The notes under the pieces: model-generated
Databases searched by the model: none
What the model was told of the DNA's origin: nothing
What the model saw: the letters and a program-made list of their open reading frames with translations, nothing else
Shown here: piece by piece, positions 30,617 through 40,592 of the stretch
Position numbering within the stretch: position 1 is the first letter of the stretch
How the letters are laid out: each line of letters starts with the position of its first letter
Made by a program: the position numbers and the translations under genes
Source of the DNA: Candidatus Acididesulfobacter guangdongensis
GTDB taxonomy: Bacteria; SZUA-79; Acidulodesulfobacterales; Acidulodesulfobacteraceae
Direction: 5' to 3'
Length of the DNA stretch: 64,000 nucleotides
Assembly (NCBI GenBank): GCA_004195045.1
Contig: SGBC01000004.1
Location: forward strand, 28,631-92,630

Positions 30617-32152
30617 ATGGTTGACGCATCTCATAAAAATTATAAATGGATAATTCTTGCCTTAGTTGTAGTGTCCTCGTTCATGGCTATTCTTGACGTG
30701 AATATTGTTACAGTGGGAATGCCTAAAATTATGTCTCATTTCGGCGTTGACATAACTGACGTTGAATGGGTTATGATTGCCTACACTATAACCTATTCTA
30801 TCGTTATTTTGCCTATGAGTTTTATTAGGAGAAAGTATGGAATAAAATATCCTTTTATGTTTTCAATACTGCTCTTTACGATAGGTTCCGCGTTATGCGG
30901 GATTTCTCCTTCGTTTACAGATTTAATTATTTTTCGTATAATTCAGGCAATTGGCGGCGCAGGGCTTACCCCTACAGGGTTAAATCTTATAGCTGAAGTT
31001 TTCCCGCCTTCGGAAAGAGGGGAGGCAATGGGCATATGGTCAATAGGCGCAATGGTAGCGCCTGCAATAGGTCCTTTTCTCGGAGGCTATCTCGTAGATT
31101 ATGTAAATTGGAGATGGATTTTTTATGTAAATGTTCCTATCGGCATTCTTGCATTGTCAGGCACAGCTATTATTTTAGCATATGATAGACCTTTAATAGC
31201 ATATAGCAAAAAATTTGATTATGTCGGTTTTGCTTTTATTTCTTTATGTCTAGGACTATTGTTATACGCTTTAAACGAAGGTCAGACATTCGGCTGGCAT
31301 TCTCCTGTAATAATACAGTCTGAACTTATAAGCGGAATTACCTTTGTCTGTTTTCTTATAAATGAAATTTTTGTAACGACTCCGTTAATAAATTTAGAAA
31401 TTTTTTCAAATTATAATTTTATTATATCTACTTTAGTAAATATGGTTAGAGCTATAGGTATTTTTGGGGCGATGTTTATTCTTCCGCTTTTTCTTGAAAA
31501 TATTCTCGGCTATAATGCGATGCGCGCAGGTATATTAATGGCTCCCACCGCTATTTCGGTTGCTTTTGTTTCTTTTTTTTCAGGGAGAATAACGGACAGG
31601 ATAGGTCCAAGATATCCTTTGGTAATTGGATTGCTAATTGTGGCGTATTCTATGTTTTTATTTAATAATCTATCGCTGAATACAAGTATGTATGCCATAA
31701 TTATTAATCAAGTAATCAGAGGCATAGGAATAGGTCTGCTCAACGCGCCGGTTATGAGTGCTGCGTTAAATTCAGTTAAAAAAGAACTTATTCCTGAGGC
31801 TTCAAGCCTTATACCTGCAACATTGCAGATAGGGGCTTCTTTCGGGATTGCTTTCATAGGGAATGAATTGGCAATAAGACAGGTTTATCACTTGAATCAA
31901 TATGCAAGAGATGTCGATTATAATTCCCCTATTTATCATAATATGGTTAATTTTTTGCAGAGCGATATTATAAATAAGGCTCCGTCCTATTTAAGATTTG
32001 GAATAGCATTTCCTTCAAACAAATTAGCTTTTTTCGATTATTTAATTCAGATGCTTTCTTCTATATCTTCTTACGGCGATGCGTTCGCAATTTTAGGATA
32101 TATTACATTAGGCGGAGCTTTAATAGCTGTTTTTATCAAAAATAAGGTATAA
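30617..32152 (+). CDS. MFS drug:H+ antiporter, DHA2 (EmrB/QacA-like, 14-TM)
   Basis: 511 aa with LDVNIVTVGMPKI, FRIIQAIGGAGLTP and about 14 hydrophobic segments. Confidence 0.85.
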   Translation: MVDASHKNYKWIILALVVVSSFMAILDVNIVTVGMPKIMSHFGVDITDVEWVMIAYTITYSIVILPMSFIRRKYGIKYPFMFSILLFTIGSALCGISPSFTDLIIFRIIQAIGGAGLTPTGLNLIAEVFPPSERGEAMGIWSIGAMVAPAIGPFLGGYLVDYVNWRWIFYVNVPIGILALSGTAIILAYDRPLIAYSKKFDYVGFAFISLCLGLLLYALNEGQTFGWHSPVIIQSELISGITFVCFLINEIFVTTPLINLEIFSNYNFIISTLVNMVRAIGIFGAMFILPLFLENILGYNAMRAGILMAPTAISVAFVSFFSGRITDRIGPRYPLVIGLLIVAYSMFLFNNLSLNTSMYAIIINQVIRGIGIGLLNAPVMSAALNSVKKELIPEASSLIPATLQIGASFGIAFIGNELAIRQVYHLNQYARDVDYNSPIYHNMVNFLQSDIINKAPSYLRFGIAFPSNKLAFFDYLIQMLSSISSYGDAFAILGYITLGGALIAVFIKNKV

Positions 32153-32225
32153 TTATAATTTATAATATGCATAAATATATAATTAAAACTGGTTCAATAC
32201 GCTACTAACGCAATATGCTGTCAAA

Positions 32226-33761
32226 ATGAATGAATATACTAATACTATGATTGAAAATATTGATAGCGGTAAAATAATTTATTCCGTTTCTGAATTGACA
32301 CTTTTAATTAAAGAAACAGTAGAAACTAAATTTTATTCAATATGGATTAAAGGTGAAATTTCAGGATTTAAGAGCAGTTATGCTTCCGGCTATTATTTCG
32401 ATTTGAAAGATAGCAAAGCAAAAATATCATCTATAATTTTTAAATATGATATTCAAAGGTTAAACTTTAAAATTAAAGAAGGGATGTCCGTTATTGCGTT
32501 CGGAAGAATTAATCTGTACGAACCGAGAGGGACATACAGTTTTATTATATCCGATATTGAACCGGAAGGGTACGGTAAACTCGCATTAGCTTATGAGCAA
32601 TTAAAAGAAAAGCTGCAGAATGAGGGTCTTTTTGATAAAGAACATAAGAGAAATATCCCTTTTCTTCCTTATACTATAGGAATAGTCACATCTAAAAGCG
32701 GTGCCGTGCTGCATGATATTGTCAAAATTATAAGAAGGAGATTTGATAATATTCATCTGGTATTTGCAAACGCTTCCGTTCAGGGAATCAATAGTTCAGC
32801 CGAGATAGCAAACGCTATAAAATTACTGAACCAATACAGTAAAAATGAACATAAAATAGATATTTTAATAGTAGGCAGAGGCGGCGGTTCATTGGAAGAT
32901 TTATGGTCTTTTAATGAAGAAAAAACTGCATATGCTATTTATAATTCAGATATTCCGGTTATCAGCGCAGTCGGACATGAAACTGATTTTACTATTGCAG
33001 ATTTTGTAGCAGACGTGAGAGCTTCTACGCCTTCTAATGCAGCTGAGATTGCAGTTCCCGTAAAAATAGATTTGCTAAGCGCAATAAAAAAATTCAACGA
33101 AAGATTAAAATCGGCAGCCTTAAACATAATCAAAAATAAAAACAATACTATAAAATATTTGCATAGCAGGCAATACAATAAAAATCCGAAAAAAATAATT
33201 GAAGAGAAGTTTATATTAATCGACGACGTTATAAATGACCTGTTTAATGCAGAAAAAATAATTATAAATAATTATAAACTTAAGGTAAATTCGCTGAATA
33301 AAAGACTCGAACTCAGACATCCGGCTCATATTTTAAAAGATAAATATTTAAGATTTAAAGAAATGCAAACTCGGTTTAAATTGCGTCATCCTTATAAAAT
33401 TATCAAAGATTATAAAATTATAATTGAAAAAAGTAATAAAATATTAAATGACGCTATGTTTAGAAAAATATTCTATTTTAAGTCCATTGCCGGCGGCACG
33501 GATTTAAATAATGATAAAGCGATAAAAAATAGAATACTTACCGATAGAAACAGTTTGCGATTGTCGTATAATACATTGCAGTCAATAAGCCCTTATTCTG
33601 TTCTAAAGAGAGGCTACAGCATAGCTCTCAGCGAAACTGATAAAATTATTTCTTCAATTACGGATGTAAATATAAATGACAAGATTAAAATAATAATGAA
33701 CGATGGTCTAATTAATTCAACAGTTATAAGTAAAGATAGTAAAATAAATAAAATTAGCTGA
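32226..33761 (+). CDS. xseA: exodeoxyribonuclease VII large subunit
   Basis: N-terminal OB fold (YSVSELTLLIKETVE...IWIKGEIS), catalytic core (IGIVTSKSGAVLHDI, GRGGGSLEDLWSFNEE, ISAVGHETD) and a long coiled-coil tail. Confidence 0.85.
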   Translation: MNEYTNTMIENIDSGKIIYSVSELTLLIKETVETKFYSIWIKGEISGFKSSYASGYYFDLKDSKAKISSIIFKYDIQRLNFKIKEGMSVIAFGRINLYEPRGTYSFIISDIEPEGYGKLALAYEQLKEKLQNEGLFDKEHKRNIPFLPYTIGIVTSKSGAVLHDIVKIIRRRFDNIHLVFANASVQGINSSAEIANAIKLLNQYSKNEHKIDILIVGRGGGSLEDLWSFNEEKTAYAIYNSDIPVISAVGHETDFTIADFVADVRASTPSNAAEIAVPVKIDLLSAIKKFNERLKSAALNIIKNKNNTIKYLHSRQYNKNPKKIIEEKFILIDDVINDLFNAEKIIINNYKLKVNSLNKRLELRHPAHILKDKYLRFKEMQTRFKLRHPYKIIKDYKIIIEKSNKILNDAMFRKIFYFKSIAGGTDLNNDKAIKNRILTDRNSLRLSYNTLQSISPYSVLKRGYSIALSETDKIISSITDVNINDKIKIIMNDGLINSTVISKDSKINKIS

Positions 33762-33781
33762 TTGTTAACATAGTTAACAAT
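33761..33781. terminator. AT-rich palindromic hairpin between convergent xseA and the modC-like gene
   Basis: ATTGTTAAC-ata-GTTAACAAT, a perfect 9-bp stem. Weak T/A tracts flank it. Confidence 0.35.
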
Positions 33782-33802
33782 AATAAAACAATAATAAATA
33801 TC

Positions 33803-34972
33803 TTATTTCAATCTTGCATGTTTCTTTTTTATTATGTGTATTGCAGATTTTTTAAGAGAAATCGATACTGATTTGCCTACTGATAAATTCATTATTTCAT
33901 AGGCATGAAACGGCAGTAAAACTTTAAATTGAATATTATCAGCCAGATTTTCGGAAGTATCTATTAAAATATCCATCATACGCGAGGTAAAAACCGCAGA
34001 CGTTATTTTTCCTCTGAAATGATTTTCTTTCACAGCTTTCGAAGGCGTTCTGTCTTCTCTCAGAATTATTATATCTTCAGGTCTTATAACAAAATATACA
34101 TTTTCATTTTCTTCAAATTCCTGCTGATAGTAGCTTTCGATATATTGCTCATTATTTAAGCCGTTATTTTTAAAATAAATCATTATATTATTATTTTCTT
34201 TATCTATCGCGGCGATTTTTCCTTCAAATATATTTTCCGTGCCGAGCAGATAAGCAGTGTCCATTGTTGACGGTTTTTTTAGAATATCTTTTGGATTTCC
34301 TGAATCCTGTATATGTCCGTTATTTAAAATAAACATAGTGTCTGAAAGATTCATAACGTCTTCAATGTCATGAGTTACTAAAAGTATTGTTATTTTAAGT
34401 TCTTTTTGAATATGTTTAATTAAACTTCTTACTTTTGTTTTAGAGATAATATCTAAATTAGAAAATGGTTCATCCATAAGAATAATTTCAGGGTTTGTAA
34501 CAATAGCTCGGGCTAAACTGATTCTCTGTGATTGTCCCATGCTTATTTCATTGGGATACCTTTTTTCCAATCCTGATATGCCTAAAATATCCATAATATT
34601 TAAAACTGTTCTTTTAATTGATGTTTCGTTATGTTTGCTTGAAAACAATTTTTCAATGTTTTTATTTAATTTTAGCCCGAAAGCAATATTGTTCATTATA
34701 TTCATATTCGGAAATAAAAGCGGTTCGTCCATTACAAGAGAGATAGAACGTTCGTAGGGTTCCATTTTATTAATATTATTTCCTTTTAAAAGAATATCGC
34801 CGGAATCTTGCTTTATTAAACCGCAAATTATAGACAGGAGGGTGCTTTTCCCCTCCCCGGAATAGCCGAATATTGAAGATATTTCGCCTTTTTTAATAGT
34901 CAAGGTTATATCTTTGAGTATTTTTTTATTCTTAAACGATTTGTTTATATTTTTAATTTCTAAAAAATTCAT
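33803..34972 (-). CDS. ABC transporter ATP-binding protein with C-terminal TOBE-like domain (ModC-like, molybdate/tungstate-type)
   Basis: Walker A GYSGEGKST, signature ISMGQSQRISLA, Walker B ILMDEPFSNLD, and a C-terminal beta-rich extension. Confidence 0.8.
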   Translation of the reverse strand: MNFLEIKNINKSFKNKKILKDITLTIKKGEISSIFGYSGEGKSTLLSIICGLIKQDSGDILLKGNNINKMEPYERSISLVMDEPLLFPNMNIMNNIAFGLKLNKNIEKLFSSKHNETSIKRTVLNIMDILGISGLEKRYPNEISMGQSQRISLARAIVTNPEIILMDEPFSNLDIISKTKVRSLIKHIQKELKITILLVTHDIEDVMNLSDTMFILNNGHIQDSGNPKDILKKPSTMDTAYLLGTENIFEGKIAAIDKENNNIMIYFKNNGLNNEQYIESYYQQEFEENENVYFVIRPEDIIILREDRTPSKAVKENHFRGKITSAVFTSRMMDILIDTSENLADNIQFKVLLPFHAYEIMNLSVGKSVSISLKKSAIHIIKKKHARLK

Positions 34973-35119
34973 TGAGTTATATTTTGAGTTTTATTAATTA
35001 TGTTCAATATTTATTGAATATAGATATATAAAATAAAATAAAATAAGAAATATATAAATAAAAATAAATTTAAAGCTGCGATTTTTCTATATTCATCATC
35101 ATTATTATTATATTCTATA

Positions 35120-35941
35120 TTATTTTGTACGCTTTGCCCTATAATAAAAAAACTTAAAAATACCGAGAGATATAAAAGATATGAGCATTAATACGGCAGA
35201 AATCGCAATTGCCGCAGGATAATTTCCGTAGCTGGTTTTAACAAAAACTTCAATAGGCGCTGTTTCAGTCAGGTTTGGAATAACTCCGGAGACCATCTGT
35301 GTGGCGGCGTATTCGCCCATAGAGCGCGACCAGCTCATCGCTGCCCCTGCCAATAAACCGTTTAATGAAAGAGGAAGTATTATTTTATATAATATTTCAA
35401 AAGACGAAGCCCCTAATGTTTTGCTTAAATTAATCATTTTTCTGTTTATCGAATCAAATGATTCCTTTAAAATATTAACGAAAAAAGGAAATGAAATTAT
35501 AAGCTGAACAAGTATTATACCTTGCGGAGTAAAAACAAATTTTATTCCGTGAGATATAAAAAATTTACCTATCGGATTCAGCGGACCCATTGTAATTAAT
35601 ACTGCGAAGCCAATCACAAGAGGGGATGTCGTGAGAGGAAGGGTGCTTATTAAATCCAGCAAAAATGAAATCTTATTTTTTTTAAAAGATAATATATAGC
35701 TTAATGGTATCCCTATTATTAGATTTATTAAGACTACCGCAGATGATATTTTAAAACTTAAAAAAATAGCATTCCAAAGATGAGCGTTTGATATTTCCGA
35801 CAAAAATAATTTCAACGATGTTTGAAAAAATATTCCTGCTAAAAGCAAAGATAAGCCTATAAAAAAAGCAAAGCCTATAAAAAAAACTATAATGTCAAAC
35901 GTTTTATTATTTCTTATGAATAATTTTTTGAAATTTTGCAT
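35120..35941 (-). CDS. ABC transporter permease (ModB/CysTW-like)
   Basis: EAA-loop region SKTLGASSFEILYKIILPLSLNGLLAGAAMSWSRSMGEYAAT. Six TM segments. Confidence 0.8.
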   Translation of the reverse strand: MQNFKKLFIRNNKTFDIIVFFIGFAFFIGLSLLLAGIFFQTSLKLFLSEISNAHLWNAIFLSFKISSAVVLINLIIGIPLSYILSFKKNKISFLLDLISTLPLTTSPLVIGFAVLITMGPLNPIGKFFISHGIKFVFTPQGIILVQLIISFPFFVNILKESFDSINRKMINLSKTLGASSFEILYKIILPLSLNGLLAGAAMSWSRSMGEYAATQMVSGVIPNLTETAPIEVFVKTSYGNYPAAIAISAVLMLISFISLGIFKFFYYRAKRTK

Positions 35942-36177
35942 TTAATAATTTAAATATAATACATCGAAATTGTTTTTAATTTAACTTTGTGTTTTTTAAA
36001 GAAGATTTTATATTTTAAAAATAAAAGATATAAAAGAAAGAGTAAAAATAAAAAAAATAGCTACCGCACTATAATCATGTGCAGGATATGTTTGGATAAA
36101 ATATTGCCTGCTCATCAATAATGCGATAGTTATTATATAATATGAATTTTTAAATATCTAATATTTTTTTTATTATC

Positions 36178-36984
36178 TTATTGTACCGGTGTAAAACCCC
36201 AATGTTTCAGTATTTTTTTTCCTCTATGCGAAAATAAAAGTTGCTCAAACTCTTTATCTAATATTTTATGTTTTGATTGATTAAGTATTGATACCGTAAA
36301 TTTTGCGCGTGTATTATATTTCGGCTTAATTTTTATGATATTTATTTTAGCGCCCGTTTTTTTAAGTTCCAGCAGCTGAGAGGTATATAGAATTCCTAAA
36401 TCAGTATTTCCGGAAGCTAAAATAGGCATAACAAGAGCAGCGTCCAATAGATGGTCTGCATGTCCTGTTATTATTCTGAAAGCGCCGGGATATTTTTTAT
36501 TAATTTTTCTGAACATCGCCCATGTATAATCTCCTGCAGGGTCGCTGTGAGGGCTGGATGTTGTCAGCGACACATTTTTATCCATTAATTTCTGAATCAG
36601 ATTAGATGCTGTAACATGAGCAGGATTGCTTATGGGTGTTGCAGCAGCAAGATAGTCGTAAGCAAAAACTTTATATGAATTTAAAAAACCTTTTTTTTCT
36701 AACTGCCGTTGAAATTTTCCGTTTGCCGACAGAAACATATCGGCAGGAGCGCCTTCTTCAATATCCCCCTTTAATACGCCTGCCCCAAGGAAGTTATAAT
36801 ATATAATAACTCCGGGATGTTCTTCTTTAAAAATCTTTCCTATTTCCATTATAGGTTTAGGAAGAGCATCTGCCGCAAGTATTCTTAAAGTTGCTGCTTC
36901 AGCTTTGGCGTTGTTTAAATTAAACGAAATAAATGCAAATAAAAACAAAAGTAACGCAAATGTAAAAAGCTTTTTTTTGTTCAT
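36178..36984 (-). CDS. periplasmic oxyanion-binding protein (ModA-like, molybdate/tungstate)
   Basis: Signal peptide, then LRILAADALPKPIMEIGKIFKEEHPGV...GAPADMFLSAN and SDPAGDY, which resemble ModA family motifs. Confidence 0.7.
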   Translation of the reverse strand: MNKKKLFTFALLLFLFAFISFNLNNAKAEAATLRILAADALPKPIMEIGKIFKEEHPGVIIYYNFLGAGVLKGDIEEGAPADMFLSANGKFQRQLEKKGFLNSYKVFAYDYLAAATPISNPAHVTASNLIQKLMDKNVSLTTSSPHSDPAGDYTWAMFRKINKKYPGAFRIITGHADHLLDAALVMPILASGNTDLGILYTSQLLELKKTGAKINIIKIKPKYNTRAKFTVSILNQSKHKILDKEFEQLLFSHRGKKILKHWGFTPVQ

Positions 36985-37272
36985 TTTTTTACCTCTTTTT
37001 AATTAATGTTTGTTTAGTTAATGTTCTATCTAGCAGCCTGCAAGCCTGTTTGTCTGTCCCTGTCTTCTGTTATTCTATCTATATACTTATTAATTAATAA
37101 ATTAGTTAGTTAGTTAGTGTATCCATTTATATTTATTTTCTGCTGTACTGCATTATTAATTATTTGATTTTAGTTTATATAATTATATATAGTTTTATAC
37201 ATAATTATAATAATAAATTATATGCTGCCGACATACAGTTATTTAAATATAATTCAATATATTGATTTTTTA

Positions 37273-38595
37273 TCAAAAAGTTCTTATGAGCATAAAATTA
37301 ATAGTGTTCTGTACACTTTTTCCATCGCCGAAAACCCTGTGATTTGTAATTTGATTTTCAAGTTCAACCCTAAATTGAGCATGCTTAAAAATATTCATAG
37401 CGGGTCTGAAACCAAGCGTAAGCGTAGAATCAAAATAATTAAACGCTTCCCCCGGTATGCTCACGGACTCCCACATACCGTTCGGATCCCATACCCTTAC
37501 TTCCCTTACGGTTTGTGAAAATCTGCCTATTTTTGATAAATCATAATGATGTATATAAAAGGCAAGCCCTGAAAAGTGTGATCTGCCGTATGTTGAATTT
37601 GATGTAGGAATTAGAGCTGTGTTGGGCGATACGGCATTATTTATATTGATATTATTATTTTGAACAATAGATTTATTAATTCCTCCGTTAATTCCCATTT
37701 CATAATCCAGAACAAAATCTAAACAATGTAATGTTTTATATTCAGCATCCATATAATTATAAAAATATTTATTTAAATTATCAGGTATTATATTATTATT
37801 ATATATGAGAAAATTTTCCGCTCCGTAAACCATGCCCTCATGAAAATTTATTATCTTTAATGGTTTATATGAAATATAAAATTCATAAGTGGGATAGCTG
37901 TTTATCGGCAGCATTGACTGATAAACATAAGAAACCTGAAAAAATGTTTTTAATTTTTTAGGAATAATAGGATAACTGAGCGCTATTCCGGTGAGTGAGC
38001 CCGGTTCCACAGAGTCGATAATAGAATATGTATTTTCCCAGTTTTTTGACAAATTGTGCGATTCAAAGCCTATTGGCGAATTATGCATGCCTATATCGAC
38101 TTTTAGACCGTTTCCGACGGGTATGCCGAATGATACATACAGATTTCTGAAACCGTAAAGAGGTCTTTTATATGCCGGTTCCATATAATACGAAAGATTC
38201 CCCATGTATGATTCAGGATGCTGAATACTTTCGCCTGTATCTAATGTAGCCGTAAAACCTACGCCAAAATTATTTCTTCCGTCCGAAAACGGATTTTTAG
38301 ATAATGTTATATCTAATTCGTTTATTGTGAAACCGTTAGCTTTAAAATCATCGTTATAATTTCCGTTATAATTTCCATGAGGATATTCTGGAGCAGCAAT
38401 GGGGTCTGCAAAATTATATGTATAAGATGTAGCAAATACACCTGAGAGTTTAATTTGCGATAAAAAATTATTTTTTTTGCTGTATGAAGATGCATAAGTT
38501 ATGCGAGGTATATTAAATAATACAACAGACATAATTTGCATAACTGCAAAGAGAACAATTAAAAATTTTAAAGAGTTCAGTCGTTCCTTTTTCAT
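37273..38595 (-). CDS. putative outer-membrane beta-barrel protein/porin
   Basis: N-terminal signal peptide, alternating aromatic/polar beta-strand pattern rich in Y/G/N, and a C-terminal ...MLIRTF with terminal Phe. No family recognised. Confidence 0.5.
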   Translation of the reverse strand: MKKERLNSLKFLIVLFAVMQIMSVVLFNIPRITYASSYSKKNNFLSQIKLSGVFATSYTYNFADPIAAPEYPHGNYNGNYNDDFKANGFTINELDITLSKNPFSDGRNNFGVGFTATLDTGESIQHPESYMGNLSYYMEPAYKRPLYGFRNLYVSFGIPVGNGLKVDIGMHNSPIGFESHNLSKNWENTYSIIDSVEPGSLTGIALSYPIIPKKLKTFFQVSYVYQSMLPINSYPTYEFYISYKPLKIINFHEGMVYGAENFLIYNNNIIPDNLNKYFYNYMDAEYKTLHCLDFVLDYEMGINGGINKSIVQNNNININNAVSPNTALIPTSNSTYGRSHFSGLAFYIHHYDLSKIGRFSQTVREVRVWDPNGMWESVSIPGEAFNYFDSTLTLGFRPAMNIFKHAQFRVELENQITNHRVFGDGKSVQNTINFMLIRTF

Positions 38596-38896
38596 TTTGA
38601 TTTCACCGTTAATTTTGTTTATTAATTTTGAATTTTAGAGACTGTAAGTAAAATTTTCTGATAAGACTTACTATTTAACTTATTTTAAAAATTTTTATTC
38701 TTTCTTTTTTTTTGCAATTTCAAGTAATTTGTTCTCGATAGCTGCTCGTTCATCGTTATATCTTTAATGATATAACGGTATAATAAAAAAAATATAAATT
38801 TGCCATCAGAGATGTTGAGATATAATTATAAAAAATAGACCGCAATAATTATTGTTAGGACTATTATGATATAACGAAAAATAAAAGTCAATAAAA

Positions 38897-40003
38897 TTAT
38901 TTTAAATATCTGTTGACGTTATTATTTTGAGTAGTTAGCGATTTGGCAAATATCGTTTTACCTTTTTTTGTTGCGATGAAATATAAATAATTTGTCTTCA
39001 ACGGATGCATTGCAGCCATTATTGCCGCAATATTCGGATTTGCGATTGGCGCCGGAGGAAGTCCGTAATTTAAATAAGTGTTATACGGAGATTTTGTTTT
39101 TATATATTTCACGTTCATGCGATAGCAAAATTTGATAAATCCGGCTGTTTTCTTTTTTGCTCCCTTGGAATATTTATTATTTTTATTATTAAGCTCCGTC
39201 TTGTTTAGATATTTATTAGATTTTTTTTCATAATTTTTAAACATATTTAAATCTTCCGCATATATATTCGTAGGATCGCTTTCTAAAGGCATATTTATAT
39301 CCAATCTATTATGAAACACTGAAGATACCGTTTTCATGTCTTTACCGCCGTTTGTCTCTTTGATAATCAGCGAAGCTATAGTTAAATCTTTATAGGATAT
39401 TTTTAAATTTTTAGTTTTTAATTTAAATTCATTAAACATTTTTTTTAAAATATTTTTAGGCGTCGAGTTGATTTTAAAAATATAGGTATCCGGATATAAA
39501 TATCCTTCCGCGCTTTTTTTATCGATGCCAATACTCAATAAGACATTTTCATTAAAACTTGCTTTGATGAATCTGATTTCTTTTACTATATGTTTTTTAT
39601 TCAGAAGCATTGCAATTTGAAAAATATTCATACCCGGAACAATCGTTATTTTTGCAGTAGCAATTTTCCCGTTGACAAATTTATAATAAATCGAAGCGGG
39701 GGATTCATTCATGGAAACATAATATGTACCGGATTCTATATATCTTGAATAACCGGTTATGAAACCTATAAAATAAAACAGATATGGATTAGATATAATA
39801 TGCCTTTTATATAATTTAAAAGAGACAGTTTTTAATGAGTAGCCTTTTTTTATTCGAAATAAAGCGGTTTTGTGTTTAATATAAGATTGCGGGGTGAAGG
39901 CGTAAAATAAAAGATACAAAATTAAAAAAAGCGGGACAAAATAAATAAAATTTTTTTTTATTTTATTTATTTTTTTGGATGTTTGATAATTAAAATAGCA
40001 CAT
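38897..40003 (-). CDS. mltG: endolytic murein transglycosylase MltG (YceG-like)
   Basis: N-terminal TM anchor. ASLIIKET, FHNRL, ESDPT and SPYNTYLNYGLPPAPIANP motifs of YceG/MltG. Confidence 0.8.
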   Translation of the reverse strand: MCYFNYQTSKKINKIKKNFIYFVPLFLILYLLFYAFTPQSYIKHKTALFRIKKGYSLKTVSFKLYKRHIISNPYLFYFIGFITGYSRYIESGTYYVSMNESPASIYYKFVNGKIATAKITIVPGMNIFQIAMLLNKKHIVKEIRFIKASFNENVLLSIGIDKKSAEGYLYPDTYIFKINSTPKNILKKMFNEFKLKTKNLKISYKDLTIASLIIKETNGGKDMKTVSSVFHNRLDINMPLESDPTNIYAEDLNMFKNYEKKSNKYLNKTELNNKNNKYSKGAKKKTAGFIKFCYRMNVKYIKTKSPYNTYLNYGLPPAPIANPNIAAIMAAMHPLKTNYLYFIATKKGKTIFAKSLTTQNNNVNRYLK

Positions 40004-40133
40004 GTCGGATACTGAAATAAACCATTTAGTTTCGTTTTATTTTTTTGATGTAATTGTATTGTGCAATAAATTTCTAAATTTATATTCCGGATGCTACAAT
40101 AGCTATCTATTTGTTCGGATATACTTTTATTAT

Positions 40134-40592
40134 TCAAATATCTATATTATTTATACCATTATTTATGCCGTCCAAATATGCTTGAAGGACAAATGAAGCA
40201 GCTATGGAATCAATAGCCTGTTTTCTTTTTTTTCTATTCACGTCTTTGTCTATTAAACTTCTTCTTGCTTGGGCAGTTGAAAATCTTTCATCGTAAGTAA
40301 TTATAGGAATGTCTTTGATTGGCAGGTTTTCAATAGTTTTTTTGAATTCACTTATGAATTTTTCAGTTTCAATAGAAAGCGATGACTGCTGTCCGCTGAG
40401 ACCGACAGGCATTCCGACAACCACTGCCGATACATTTTCGGCAACAATAATATCTTTTAGTTCAGCGGCTGATTTTTCAAGGTTTTCATTTATTATAAAC
40501 TTGCGCGGAAATGCGACAGCGCCTCTATCATCGCTTAAAGCTACGCCAATTCGTTTAAGTCCGTAATCAATACATATAGCTTTTTTATTCAT
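40134..40592 (-). CDS. ruvX: Holliday-junction resolvase-like nuclease RuvX (YqgF)
   Basis: ICIDYGLKRIGVALSD and DERFST motifs. Confidence 0.85.
   Translation of the reverse strand: MNKKAICIDYGLKRIGVALSDDRGAVAFPRKFIINENLEKSAAELKDIIVAENVSAVVVGMPVGLSGQQSSLSIETEKFISEFKKTIENLPIKDIPIITYDERFSTAQARRSLIDKDVNRKKRKQAIDSIAASFVLQAYLDGINNGINNIDI

Noticed and set aside
36008-36115. 35-codon minus-strand ORF (MSRQYFIQTYPAHDYSAVAIFFIFTLSFISFIFKI) in the modA-modB spacer, considered as a possible small membrane subunit.
   Set aside because: No recognisable RBS. The hydrophobic tail is encoded by a T-rich tract. There is no supporting evidence without conservation data.
36985-37272. Possible Moco (molybdenum cofactor) riboswitch upstream of the ModA-like gene.
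   Set aside because: The minus-sense leader lacks the conserved GC-rich Moco core segments. It shows only TAGATAGAA and CAGGCT direct repeats.
37222-37518. 98-aa plus-strand ORF overlapping the 3' end of the beta-barrel gene.
   Set aside because: It overlaps the C-terminal strands of the 440-aa minus-strand ORF, has no RBS and has no recognisable motifs. Likely spurious.
40002-40196. 64-aa plus-strand ORF between mltG and ruvX.
   Set aside because: It starts back-to-back with the mltG start codon on the opposite strand and runs into the ruvX 3' end. Its Tyr/Ile/Phe-rich composition looks like translated AT-rich spacer.
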